The position numbers and the translations under genes were made by a program. The notes beneath the pieces are model-generated. The model searched no databases, was not told the DNA's origin, and worked only from the letters and a program-made list of their open reading frames with translations. From assembly GCA_037447605.1 (NCBI GenBank), contig CM074814.1, positions 2,108,001-2,172,000 on the forward strand: DNA of 64,000 bases. The letters run 5' to 3'. Source of the stretch: Zygnema circumcarinatum SAG 698-1b. Lineage: Eukaryota > Plantae > Zygnematophyceae. Below, piece after piece: positions 40,005 through 51,228 of this stretch. Within the stretch, counting starts at the first letter, position 1. Each line of letters begins with the position of its first letter.

Positions 40005-40455
40005 GCCAATGGGAGTTTGACACGTGGCATACATGTGGCGTGTCTCCATTGGGTGTTGCTCTACAGCTATTTTTCGGGCGAATTTCCCCCGAAGCCGAAT
40101 TTCCCGAAAACCCAAAAAAAGGCGGTTCGCGGTTTGCCGAAATTTCGACTTCGCAGTTTCTGAGGGCCGTTCGGGCCGTGGCGGGCCAGCCATTGCCACA
40201 TGACGGCCTCTGATTAGCCGCTTTTGCCACGTGTCTTCCTGACATTGGCGCCTTTGGCTGTTCTACTTTCTTCGATGTTTTTGTGTTTGTTGTTTTGTAC
40301 TGTGTGGCCAATGATGGCACGCCACGTATACTGTAAGACCACTAATGACACATCACGTGTACAAAGCGGTCAATGACGACACGCCACGTGCATTGTGCGG
40401 CCAGTGGTGACATGTCACAAATACTCTGTGTCCGATGATGACACGCCACGTGTAC
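40005..40455. promoter_or_regulatory. Cluster of G-box and CCAAT-N9-(C/A)CACG elements upstream of VID27
   Basis: One exact match at 40308-40326 and near matches at ~40006, ~40035-40051, ~40229-40247, ~40370 and ~40432. Confidence 0.55.
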
Positions 40456-40790
40456 CGTATGGCCAATGTGACGTGTATTTTGTGTTCCTGTCGATGGAGA
40501 GGCTCGTCTTTGAAAAGCGGCTCGTCGTGGTTTCCCATGCTGGGTCTGTCCATGTCCATCCAAGACTGGTTTCACATTGCCTCGTTTTGCTAGAAGCCAA
40601 CAAAAACTTGAAATTGCATACATACCGTTGTAGTCATTCGTCAGCGGACGAGAAAGCAGACTTTCATTGTTGAATCACTTTAAGCCTTAAACAGACAAGG
40701 CGAGGGCCCTTCCCGTTCTCCTTCTTCTTCGGGTCCTTTGCCAAGCGCGGAACAGGAAAGCACAATAGCTAAATTTTTGAAATTTTAAAC

Positions 40791-40998
40791 CTAAAATCCA
40801 AAAGGGGGTAAGCCTATCTTGAGAAACGAATAAACAAGGGCTCCGGTGAAGATATAGCTGTCTCCTCTATCCAATATTCCACCATGTCCTGGAATCAACC
40901 TGCCGGAGTCCTTCACCCCAGCGTCTCTCTTCATCATAGATTCCGATAAATCACCAAATAAAGAAGCCAGGAAGATGAGCACCGCCATGGTCGCAGCA
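40791..40998 (-). pseudogene. Orphan last exon of a plastid-type phosphatidate cytidylyltransferase (CDS4/5-like)
   Basis: [43 protein letters not shown] is the CTP_transf_1 signature. A CAG acceptor precedes 40998. I found no upstream CDS exons (such as SPKKTWEG) in the window. Confidence 0.7.
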
Positions 40999-42055
40999 CT
41001 GCCATTCAGTTCAAGGCAGAGGTCGACTCAAAGGGTCTCAGTATGTTTAGGGTTCCACCGACTTGCCAGCATGCAAGAGTTCATTCGCTTTCGCAGTCTT
41101 TCACAAGCTGTCAAAAGTCAACATCACAAAGCATCAAGCATCAGTTCATCAGTACATTACTCATAAACACTTTCTTTTACTTCATCGCCCATACACAGTC
41201 CATACATTTACCGTACAGTCCCCGTACACATACCAACCACTGCACTACTCTCGACTCTCAAACAACACAATGTCCTGCAACCCGCAGCCTTCAGCATTCA
41301 TTCAGTCGTGGCAGCATTGTCGACTCCTGTAATGCACGCTCGCAGTTTCTGCAAGTGCAAAATCTGGAAGTCCAAAAACTTGAGACGAGTCCGCTCGAGC
41401 GAAAGCCGGGTTTCCGTAAGCTCGATGCGTAGTGAATTTGGGGAAACTTCACCATTGTCCTGCGCATCGCCGTTCTTTCGAAGTCTCTTAGGAAAGCAAA
41501 AAGAGAATAAGTAAAACACAGTAATTTTTCAATGCCAAATTAACGGCAAGCTCTGATTGAAGCACGAGCTACAAGATTTCTAAGATACGGTTGTTATATT
41601 ACGCAAGAATAATCTGAATTGAGTTGTGGATTTCTTCAGCAAATGCGTGCATGCGATAAAAAAATCATTGTTGAGGGACGAAAGCATGGCTGTAACTAAA
41701 AATACGGTATGCTGGAAACATACTTTGTTAAGAACTTCATTTACTGTGATGTATCCAGGATTGTGCAAAAGACACAGCAACTCACGTCAAAAAGATCAAA
41801 CTGCAGGAAAAAAATAGATTTCAATAAATTTTAAAAAACTTAATTTACCTCTGGAGAGGAAAATAATAATATTCTGAGCAGCATTGGTATACTTTGCAGC
41901 GATCTTATGACAATGTGTATTCGCTCTTGCGTCGTTTTAAGATTACAAAAAAAGGACAACATAAGAAATTGATGACAGTATCTTCAAGATTACATTCGAG
42001 AAACAGCAGAACGTTGCATAATAAAAGAGATAAGTATTGGTATTGAAGTCGCTAC

Positions 42056-43454
42056 CGCAAGAATGACAGCATTGTCGACTCCTGTGCTGCACGCTCCCGG
42101 TTCCCGCTTGAACTTAAGTTGGCCTTCAAAAAAATTGCTGCAAAACTCCGCGAGCGAAAGCTTCGCTTCCAAAATCTCGATGCGTCGCTGCGCCTGCAAG
42201 GATGAAGGATGTCCAGAAGGTTTCTTGATATAATAGTTTATAATTTTTCTACTTTTTTTCACGCATAGTTTGCACTAGGGAACATTTTAACTTCGCGCTT
42301 TGGTCGTGGAGAAGCCACAGCAACGGTCAAGCATAAAGCAGTCCAGTGTAAAACAAAACCTACAGTTACCTGCGCAACCTTTGCATCCCTTTCTTCCTTC
42401 TCGAACAGCAGCTTTGCCACCAGCTTAGAAGTCTCGGCTTGCTGGTTCGTCTCAACACGGCAAACCGACAGGACAACATAAGAAATTGATGACATTATCG
42501 TGAAGATTACACTCGAGAAACAGCAGAACAGTGCATAATATAAGGGATAAGTATTGGTATTGAAGTCTCTACCACAAGCTTCACAGCCGCCTCCACGATT
42601 TTGTCAACGTTAGGCTCCGACAGCCCTTTCACGGTACAGAGAAGCTGCACATATAACGCAAACACATCAATTCTAAGCCAGTTCTGTATTTACTACTGGT
42701 TAGTTCGCCTCCAACACAACGAAAATAGATTCTGCTGGCGGCCAGGCTATGTATTCAATAAAGTGGACTGCACCAGTGCTCTACTGTAATGTAGAATTAT
42801 TCTTGAAATTGCAAGCGGTCAAGCATGAACGTTTCTTCACCTCCTTTGGTAGCGCAAGTACTACCATGCAAGTGTAAATGCCAGCATCTTGCAGGTTTTT
42901 TACATCTTCAGCATTTATTCCTTGGGCGATGACTGTGCAAACAAACGTTCGTCAAATATACTTGGTTGCAGCAGGTCGATTTGAAATAGAGGCAAGAAAC
43001 GTCATGTTTTGCACATCAAACTTGAGGATCACACTCAACTTTCACAACCTGGAAAGTCGCACTGATTCATAACACAAAGCAGAGCTTGTGAAGGATGTTT
43101 ATATATTGTATCCTTACAAAAGGCACGCATCTTCTTGAATTAACTTGAAGACTCCAGGTAATCTAATAACATCGACTAGCGCCTGAAAGACCACTACGTT
43201 TGTCAAAAGATCCATACGAATATTCTTCGTCTTCAGACTCGTGAACATTTGATGCTCGCCGGTCCTCCAGGGAGGAACTGACTACTGCTTGAGACCTGCA
43301 GACAGAAACGTGCGAAAAAAGGCAATCAGCAAATGTTTTCACCTTCTGAAAATGAGGGAATCCTCAACAGTACCAAGGTCTAACTGAGCTTGCTTTCAAA
43401 CCAAGGGCAGAAAGAAAAAAATCTGCCAGCTCAAGCAAGGGAACGAGCATACAT
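42056..43454 (-). CDS. Chimeric gene: divergent DMC1 N-terminal (HhH) domain fused to novel helical exons, no RecA ATPase domain; 3' end uncertain (may extend to ~41300)
   Basis: Probable split start AT|G (43454-43453), then exons 43295-43198, 42932-42841 and 42644-42573, giving ...[67 protein letters not shown]. Plant DMC1 reads [57 protein letters not shown]. Non-DMC1 exons follow at ~42450-42370 and 42193-42056. Confidence 0.75.
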
Positions 43455-43764
43455 GTCGACGTCTTTCTGGAGCTCTTCCAAGAAAATTACTAGATAAAAA
43501 GAATGCCTGCTCTGCCTCTTTGGTGCTTGCAGATAGCAGCCTCCCTCGCCCTCGCCCTCGCCCTTGAGCTAATAGACCGCCTCCCTCGCAGCAACAGCAG
43601 CAGCAGCAGCGGCGCCTTGCAGGGCAACTATATCCTTTGGCGCGGAAAAGCGCACGCTCAGCGGTTCAATTTTTTCGCGCGCCCAAGAGTTTGCAGAGGC
43701 AGGCGACGCCGAAGCAAAGAGATGTCTGGTAATAGTTATTCTTTGCATTTTTCTCACAAAGCTA

Positions 43765-44285
43765 ACTCTCTCTCTCTCCCTCTCTCTCTCTGTCTCCCTT
43801 TCTAGCCTTTTCTTTCCTCTCCCGCCCTCTCCTTCTTCCTCTTCCGCTCTCGCTTCCCCGTTCTCTCTCTTTCGCTCCTCTCCCTCCCCCTCCTCTCTCG
43901 TCCTCACCGGCTCTCCCTCCCACTCTAACTTTGCCTTGATCACCTCTCCTCCCACTTCTTCTAATACCTCTCCTCTCTCTCCATCTCTCTCTCGCTCTCT
44001 TCCCATCTGCTCTCCCTCTCTCTCTACCTTTTTCCTTGATCTCCTCTCCTCCCTCTTTCTAATTCCTCTCCCTCTCCCTCCTCTCTCGACCTCACCTGCT
44101 CTCCTTCCCTCGCTTCCTTTTTCCTCGATCTCCTCTACTCTCTCTTTCTAATTCCTCTTCCTCTCTCTCCGCTCCCTCTTCTCTCTTTCCCACCTGCTCT
44201 CCCTCCCTCCCTCCCTTGTCCTTGATCTTCTCTCCTCCCTCTCCTAATTCCTTTCCCTTCCTCCCCTCTCCCTCCCTCACCATCC
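43765..44285. repeat. ~520-bp polypyrimidine (CT-rich) low-complexity tract
   Basis: Almost entirely C/T on the + strand, upstream of the DMC1-like gene. Confidence 0.9.
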
Positions 44286-45588
44286 AAGAAAAAAATGGGT
44301 TTAATTGGTTTCAGATTTACAAGGAGAAAGACTTTAGAAGTTTTGGAGTTCGTCAGTTTCTTGCTCGTCCGTTTTTTTGGAATGCAAGCGGGTAGTGGGT
44401 TCATCGGTACCCGGTCGAGTTTTGAATTATTTCTCGTTCTAAGTGCAAGTGTTGCTCTTCATTGCTCTTCGCCGAAGCACCGCTTCCCGGTACTGCAAGG
44501 CCTTCTAGAACTCAACCAGTCAGTTTACTTTTTTCTTCTTCAATGCTCATGCTTTCTGCTTTTTTTACGACATGAGGGGTTAAGAAAAAGAGAAAATGGC
44601 ATTGAACGCACGATGCGCATATACCGCGCATTGGAACCAATACTCTCTCTCTCGAAAAAGAGCGAGCGATAATTTACGAGGGTTGAGTACATAGCTAGAG
44701 GCCTATGGGGACAGAAAAGAAGGTTCGAACATGGAAATCCAAAATGTCTACCCGTTCTATTCCTAGATCAAGCTTTCTATTAATAATACACTTCTGTACA
44801 AGTGGGGTCTGTTCTTTGCAGTTATTCCATTCAGTCTCTTTCCCAAAGAACAAGAGGGAGTCAGACCCTTCCTCCCTGAACTACCTAAGCTATCTGCAGC
44901 TACTTTTTCGGCTGCAAGAATTGGTTGTACACAATTGAACTGCTTTGCATTCAAAGAATTTCAACACACGCAATTTCAACACCTTAACATTATTGTAGTG
45001 GTGCAAAGTAGGGCAGCCTCTCCCCAAAACTGTTGATGCTTCATGGATTCCATTGAAGATCTCATCAGGTCAATGAAATGCCTGAAGTTAGCCACCCCGA
45101 GGCGAAGTATGTGATTCGGTAATCGATAAACGAGTTTCCAGCAGGTTCGGTGTATTGCTCGAACTCAGATCCAAGCTCGCTCAAGACATCCCTGTTCCCC
45201 CATGACCAGTTTCAAGGTCAGTTCAATGATCTGAAGCGGATCTCAAGAAGGAGGGAGGGATGGGGGGAAGGGAGTAAGATCAATAGCATTGAACTCAAGT
45301 TCAGAAAACAGACTCAGATCGACTCACCCAATGAACACTCGTCCGTGAATAGCCGCAGAAATCATCAACTTCTTCGCCTGCAAAGAAAAATAACCTATTC
45401 CAGTCAGAAGTGGAATCTTGAAACCACTTCGACAAGGCATCAAGGAAATACTTCACACTCAGAGTCCATTCTAGGGGGAAAAAAATAGCATACAGCATCA
45501 GCTGCATGTCTGTCTTTCTTCACTGTTATGCAAGAGCTAAAGATCCGGATCACTACTTTCCGGGCATCAGGGATTGCAGAAATTTACC

Positions 45589-46787
45589 TGAAGCACTGCC
45601 ACACCCTCTACCACTGGAGAGTACTCGGATGGTAACTTTATTGACGTTTTTGACAATGTGAATGTGCGTCCCAGGACTGTCCCAGAGACGCTTCGAAAAG
45701 TCAAAGTAACATCATCCGGCCTGAATGAGAATCCCCCACTTGAGTTTGTGTTCACGATCCCTCCTGCATGGCGACAGTACCAAATGAACTTCATTCAACT
45801 GTAGCACAAAAGCCACTCTGCCTTCACAAACGATGCTAAGTATCCGTAGTGTAGAAGTGTAAACGCTCTGATCAACACAAAAATGCAGCATATTCAAAAC
45901 TCTACAGTAACACATGACTAGCAAGGGAGATTTTTGGCAAATAACGATGTAAGTAGTGTACCTTTAAGTAAAGCTGTAACGCCAACAGCTGCAATAGAGA
46001 TCAGAACATTGTTCGCTTCCGAGTCGTACAAGAGAAAAGTGAGCGAGGGGTCGTCGATGCCTCCGGGAGAAGTGAATGAGTAAGCTCCGGATATCCATTT
46101 CAGCTGAGATTCTTGAAGAGTCTGAGTTCCAAAACCAGCATAGTTTCTTCGAGTAAGTGAAACATTTCAAGGAATAACAAACGAGATGTCAATAAACGGA
46201 GATATTCGATTCCAACAATCTCAGTGCTCAGTCTATTTCTCATCTCAAATGAAAGAAGCACAATGGCCCTGCATACAACTGGCAAAGGTAAAATACATAG
46301 TTTGCCTAGAGGGCGAAACGAAGACAACAGTTCCTTTGCGAAGATGAAGGGAAAAATGCCTGCTGTACTTTTTTTTCACCCGGAACAAAGAGAGAGTGTA
46401 AGGAACAGAGTGAGAGTACACTGCATATCTGCATATCATATCGTTATCTCTCAAACTATATACCTAAAGAGTGTCAATAAGGACAATGAAAATTTATCGT
46501 AGCACATATCTTACATACCGCATAGCAAAAAAACATACCGTAATCCTTCCCGATCCTCTGTTCCGCAGCTGCAGGGCCACCACGTCCAGCACAGTGGAGC
46601 CGGGAACTATGGTTGGAAGCTTTGGAAGCTCAGCGGCTATGCGCTGCTCCCGAGTGGCGCCAAACTGATAGGCCGTGCGGAACAGACTCGATTCTAAGCT
46701 GACAGAAGCGCCCTGCAGCCTGCCAGCCATGGCAAGAAGGAGCACGGCCGCCAGAGATACTACAGGAAGGAGCCTCCAATACGCCAT
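45589..46787 (-). CDS. Unknown secreted protein with a signal peptide, at least 3 exons; 3' end unresolved
   Basis: MAYWRLLPVVSLAAVLLLAMAGRLQGA looks like a signal peptide. Exons ~46787-46539, ~46103-45962 (LKWISGAYSFTSPGG..) and ~45764-45589 (GIVNTNSSGGFSFRP..) splice in frame at GT-AG sites. Confidence 0.6.
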
Positions 46788-47456
46788 AGCTACTCCTTGG
46801 CTCCTCCTGATAAAGAAAACACTCTCCCTCTTGATCTCTCACTATTTGCTCCTTTTCCTCGCTCCTCCTATTCCCCTATCTGTTATCTTGGTGTGCTTCC
46901 GTCTATTTCTTCGTTCTTTCGCCTCTGCCTCCTACCTCGCCTACCTCTCCTTCCTTGCCTCTCCCTCCTCTCCTCTCTCTCCTTTCTCTCTCTCTTCTCT
47001 TCTCCTTCTCCCTCCCTCCCTCGTGGTCCGCCAGTTTCCATTGCTGTGCGCGTCCCAGCTGGCAGCGCGCGGCGCTTCTAAGAGGACCACGCGGCGTGCT
47101 GTGATTGGCCACGAGGAAACATGGGACCGAAACGGACAAATTGACGACAAACCGTACGAATCGGCCTTCCAAGTAAGCCGTACATACCCTTGTTTGACTG
47201 CGCCAACGTGCACCAATCAGAAGCCGACTTTGATGCGTCCGTACTGTATCTTGTACGACCTTGCCAAAAAGTGAGCGGCAATATTTGTACGAAACCGTAC
47301 ATGCGGTTGGGAGTTGTTGGGCGGCAGGATGTTCGTACAGTGTGGGGTTAGTGACCGTTGTACGGCCTCAGTATCGTACGGCAGAAAACGGCATGGCGTA
47401 CGATTTCTTGGCGTATCCGAGGAAGATCTCACCGAGGGACGATTCTATTTAGGGAA

Positions 47457-48896
47457 GGAAAATTCTATTCTCACACCTTTTTTGTCTACGCACAGACCTC
47501 TTTTCGCTGGGCAGATTTTAAAATAGACAAAAAAGGAACACACCTTTCACACCTTTTTTTTTTCACTTTTTTTTTCACATCTTTTTGGAATCGATACACG
47601 CTACTAGTCCTGAGCGGCCGAGCGCCGTGAGACCTTTTTCTGTCGGGCAGATTTACTCCTTATCATTTATTTTCAGAGAAAAAAANNNNNNNNNNCATAC
47701 GTTTAAAAACAGTACTCAAACAGCGATTGGTAATTACTTTCGTGAGTATTGATTCTGTTTCTGGTTCCATATGGGATTTTTCTTAGATCGACTCCCCAGC
47801 CCATGGGAAAATGAGCCAAAAAGGTCAATCCAAAATCCAAACCGTACCAGAATCCGCATCAGAAAGTCCAGTACGAACATGTACGAAAATGGCCCGACAT
47901 TTCCCTAAGGAAAATTCTATTCTCACACCTTTTTTGTCTACACACAGGCCTCTTTTCGCCGGGCAGATTTTAAAATAGCACAAAAAAAGAACACACCTTT
48001 CACACCTTCTCACCTTTTCTTTTTCACCTTTTTTTTCCCACCTTTTTGAAATCGATACACACCTTTCTCCATCGGGCAGATTTACCCCTTCTTGTTTTTT
48101 TCAAAGAAAAAAATATCGGCCTGCCCGAATCCACTCGGAGCAGAAGATCCGTCCGCCACGAGATCGTTCGCGGGTGGCCGTCCTTCACACGTGCAATAAT
48201 TTTCCGCCGTCGATATTCACGCAGATCGCACCATGGCAGATCACCGTTCGATCAGAAGCCGGGCTCTGTCCCACGTGTCCCACCCAAGCCGGCTCCAAGG
48301 ACCGTACAAAAGGCGTACGCCCGCAGCTTCGAGGAAAGTCAAAAAACGTAATAATTAAAGTTGAGTGCCTGTACCAATCACAGTTTGCCACGTCTAAAAC
48401 GAGCACGCGGCAGATGGTGATTGGTTCAAGCTCGCAATGTAAGGAATTTAGACTTTCCTCGAAGCTGTGACCGTACGAGTTGTGTACGGTCGAGCCTGCT
48501 CGGGTGGGACACGTGGGCGTGTGCCATTCGCTGGAACCGAGCCCGGCTGCCGATCGAACGGTGATCTGCCGTGGTGCGATCTGCTCTAGAATCGACGGTG
48601 TATAGATTCTGCACGTGTGAAGGACGGCCACCCGCGAACGATCTCGTGGCGGACGGATCTTCTGCTCCGAGTGGATTCGGGCAGGCCGATATTTTTTTCT
48701 TTGAAAAAAACAAGAAGGGGTAAATCTGCCCGATGGAGAAAGGTGTGTATCGATTTCAAAAAGGTGGGAAAAAAAAGGTGAAAAAGAAAAGGTGAGAAGG
48801 TGTGAAAGGTGTGTTCTTTTTTTGTGCTATTTTAAAATCTGCCCGGCGAAAAGAGGCCTGTGTGTAGACAAAAAAGGTGTGAGAATAGAATTTTCC
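47457..48896. mobile_element. Non-autonomous foldback (MULE/hAT-like) element with 8-bp TSD TTAGGGAA; contains an assembly gap
   Basis: Termini GGAAAATTCTATTCTCAC... and ...GTGAGAATAGAATTTTCC. TTAGGGAA at 47449-47456 and 48897-48904. Long inverted arms close in on ~48350-48445. Confidence 0.8.
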
Positions 48897-49174
48897 TTAG
48901 GGAAATGTCGGGCCATTTTCGTACATGTTCGTACTGGACTTTCTGATGCGGATTCTGGTACGGTTTGGATTTTGGATTGACCTTTTTGGCTCATTTTCCC
49001 ATGGGCTGGGGAGTCGATCTAAGAAAAATCCCATATGGAACCAGAAACAGAATCAATACTCACGAAAGTAATTACCAATCGCTGTTTGAGTACTGTTTTT
49101 AAACGTATGATAATGGATGTTTTTGCTTTTCAGAGTAAAATGTACATATAAGTTTTTTTAAATCGAATTTTGGC

Positions 49175-49876
49175 GGGGGCGACTATTTACAGTGTACTTT
49201 ATTCTGAATGTAGTGTACGATTTCGCGGGGCAGCAAAAAAAGGTTTTTTTTGGCGAAAAATGTTGTTTCACACTTCTCAGAATAGATACAGACATTTTTT
49301 CGTCGGATGTACGGATGGTGATTCGAAATGTACGAAGCGCGCGCGTCTACAAGGTATAAGGGCGCAACACGTGGAGCGACATGATTGGTCGCGGCAGCAT
49401 ATGACGTGGCAAGTATGTTTGGGACCATGACGTGACGAAACGAGACGCGAAAAAAGTGGAGTCCGCGGACGGCAGTCGGAAATGGCGGGAATTAAAACTG
49501 ACAAAAAAAGATAGGGCACATAACGTAGCGTGTTTCAGGAAAAATCTGTCAGTTTGAATTCCCGCCATTTCCGACTGCCGTCCGCGGACTCCACTTTTTT
49601 CGAGTCTCGTTTCGTCACGTCACGGTACCAAATATACTTGCCACGTCATATGTTGCCGCGACCAATCATGTCGCTCCACGTGTTGCGCCCTTATACCTTG
49701 TAGACGCGCGGGTTTCGTACATTTCAAATCACCCTCCGTACATCCGACGAAAAAAGGTCTGTATCTATTCTGAGAAGTGTGAAACGACATTTTTCGCCAA
49801 ACAAAAACCTTTTTTTCGCTGCCCTGCGAAATCGTACACTACATTCAGAAAACGTACACTGTAAATAGTCGCCCCC
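49175..49876. mobile_element. Non-autonomous foldback element with ~330-bp inverted arms and 8-bp TSD ATTTTGGC
   Basis: Termini GGGGGCGACTATTTACAGTGTAC and GTACACTGTAAATAGTCGCCCCC. Arms 49175-49503 and 49546-49876. ATTTTGGC at 49167-49174 and 49877-49884. Confidence 0.9.
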
Positions 49877-50309
49877 ATTTTGGCCGCCCTATTTGGGACG
49901 CTGGCTGTCATCATTGGGGCCAGAGATGGAGGAGGTCCAAGTCCGTTTTTTGTCGAGCATATAGACGACAAACAGGTACGGTAATGTACGGTGAAAGTAC
50001 GGTATGGTTACGCCGCCCTCGGCGCGGCCTGGCGGGCGGGGGACTTAACGACACGAGGCGCTCTATGGGGAAATAAACTGGTTACTAAATTGATGAAGCA
50101 CGTCTCAACGACTTTTCAAACTAGAACACAGCGAGATGCGCTTGAACACGTCCCAGTTTGCCTCACATCTCGATGCCTCCATTCACGTCTACAGGCACAG
50201 TCGCAGTTACAGTTAAAGCTACAGTTGAGGTCACAGTTCTACGCTCGGCTGGACGGACCATGAATGAACCTTCGAATGGTTGCGGACCATCGATCGATTC
50301 GCGACCCAG

Positions 50310-50600
50310 CCAACCATTGCTAATTGTCGCAACCATTGGATTCAATGGCACCATTGCCAATGTTTCGAACCATCGACTCTCAGCCCGAGCAACCATTGGC
50401 CATGGTTTCAACCATTGGATTCATCATTGGTTGCGTCCAATGGTTGTGAGCCATTGCAATGGTTAAAACCACTGAATCGCGACCCGAGCAACCATTGGCA
50501 ATGGTTCCAACCATTGACGCCGGATCAAAACAACCATTGCCGCAGCCAATGGATGGCAATGGTTGCTAACCATTCGAACGGCTATAAACCATTGCCCATC
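50310..50600. repeat. AACCATTG/CAATGGTT motif cluster in both orientations
   Basis: More than ten ACCATTG or CAATGG(T) units; GCGACCC(G)AGCAACCATTG is repeated. Confidence 0.75.
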
Positions 50601-51228
50601 CTACCGTTGCCATCCAATAGTTATCCAATGCTTGCCGATTTAATGGTCCGACCTGTGCTATACTTCATAACATTCTTCAGTACTTCAAGCCATCTAAAAG
50701 GCGACATATGAGGTATTCAAGGGTGCTGGCATACACAAGCAAGCTTCTTATTGCAGGAAATTTTCCCTTGATTGGTTCTACAGCCACGAGAGCTACACCC
50801 ATGATTGCTCAAATCTACGCTCCGTACACATATATCTCTGAGGAGGTTGCGCACCCATTTAGTGCTGAAGCGCTTCCTCATTAGCACAGCGCTTCATAAA
50901 GATAAGGCGTTACTACCTACATTGAAACGAAATCTATCGCACAAAAACAGGAAAAACCAATCAACACTCCTAAGAACATATTTTTTACAGCTCCCTACTG
51001 TATGCGACACTCTGATATGTACATCCCTGGCTATATCTCATATTTACATAGTGCTGACATTAGGACACATATCTACATTATCATCCAAATATGTAAAAAT
51101 CACCATTCCGCCTATTCGAAGTGCTTGCTCTCAGGCCCTGCCTCACCAAAATACCCCTAAGTAAAGCAAGAAATTACTTCAAAGCATGTCATTCATTTAA
51201 CGAGCGAACGGAATGAACGAGCGAGCCC

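Noticed and set aside
43569-44404. Glu/Arg/Gly-rich ORFs as the N-terminus of the DMC1-like gene
   Set aside because: They derive from the CT-rich tract, and the main one stops at 43569.
47825-48980. Two identical 62-aa ORFs on opposite strands
   Set aside because: A product of the inverted repeat; non-ATG starts and no coding signature.
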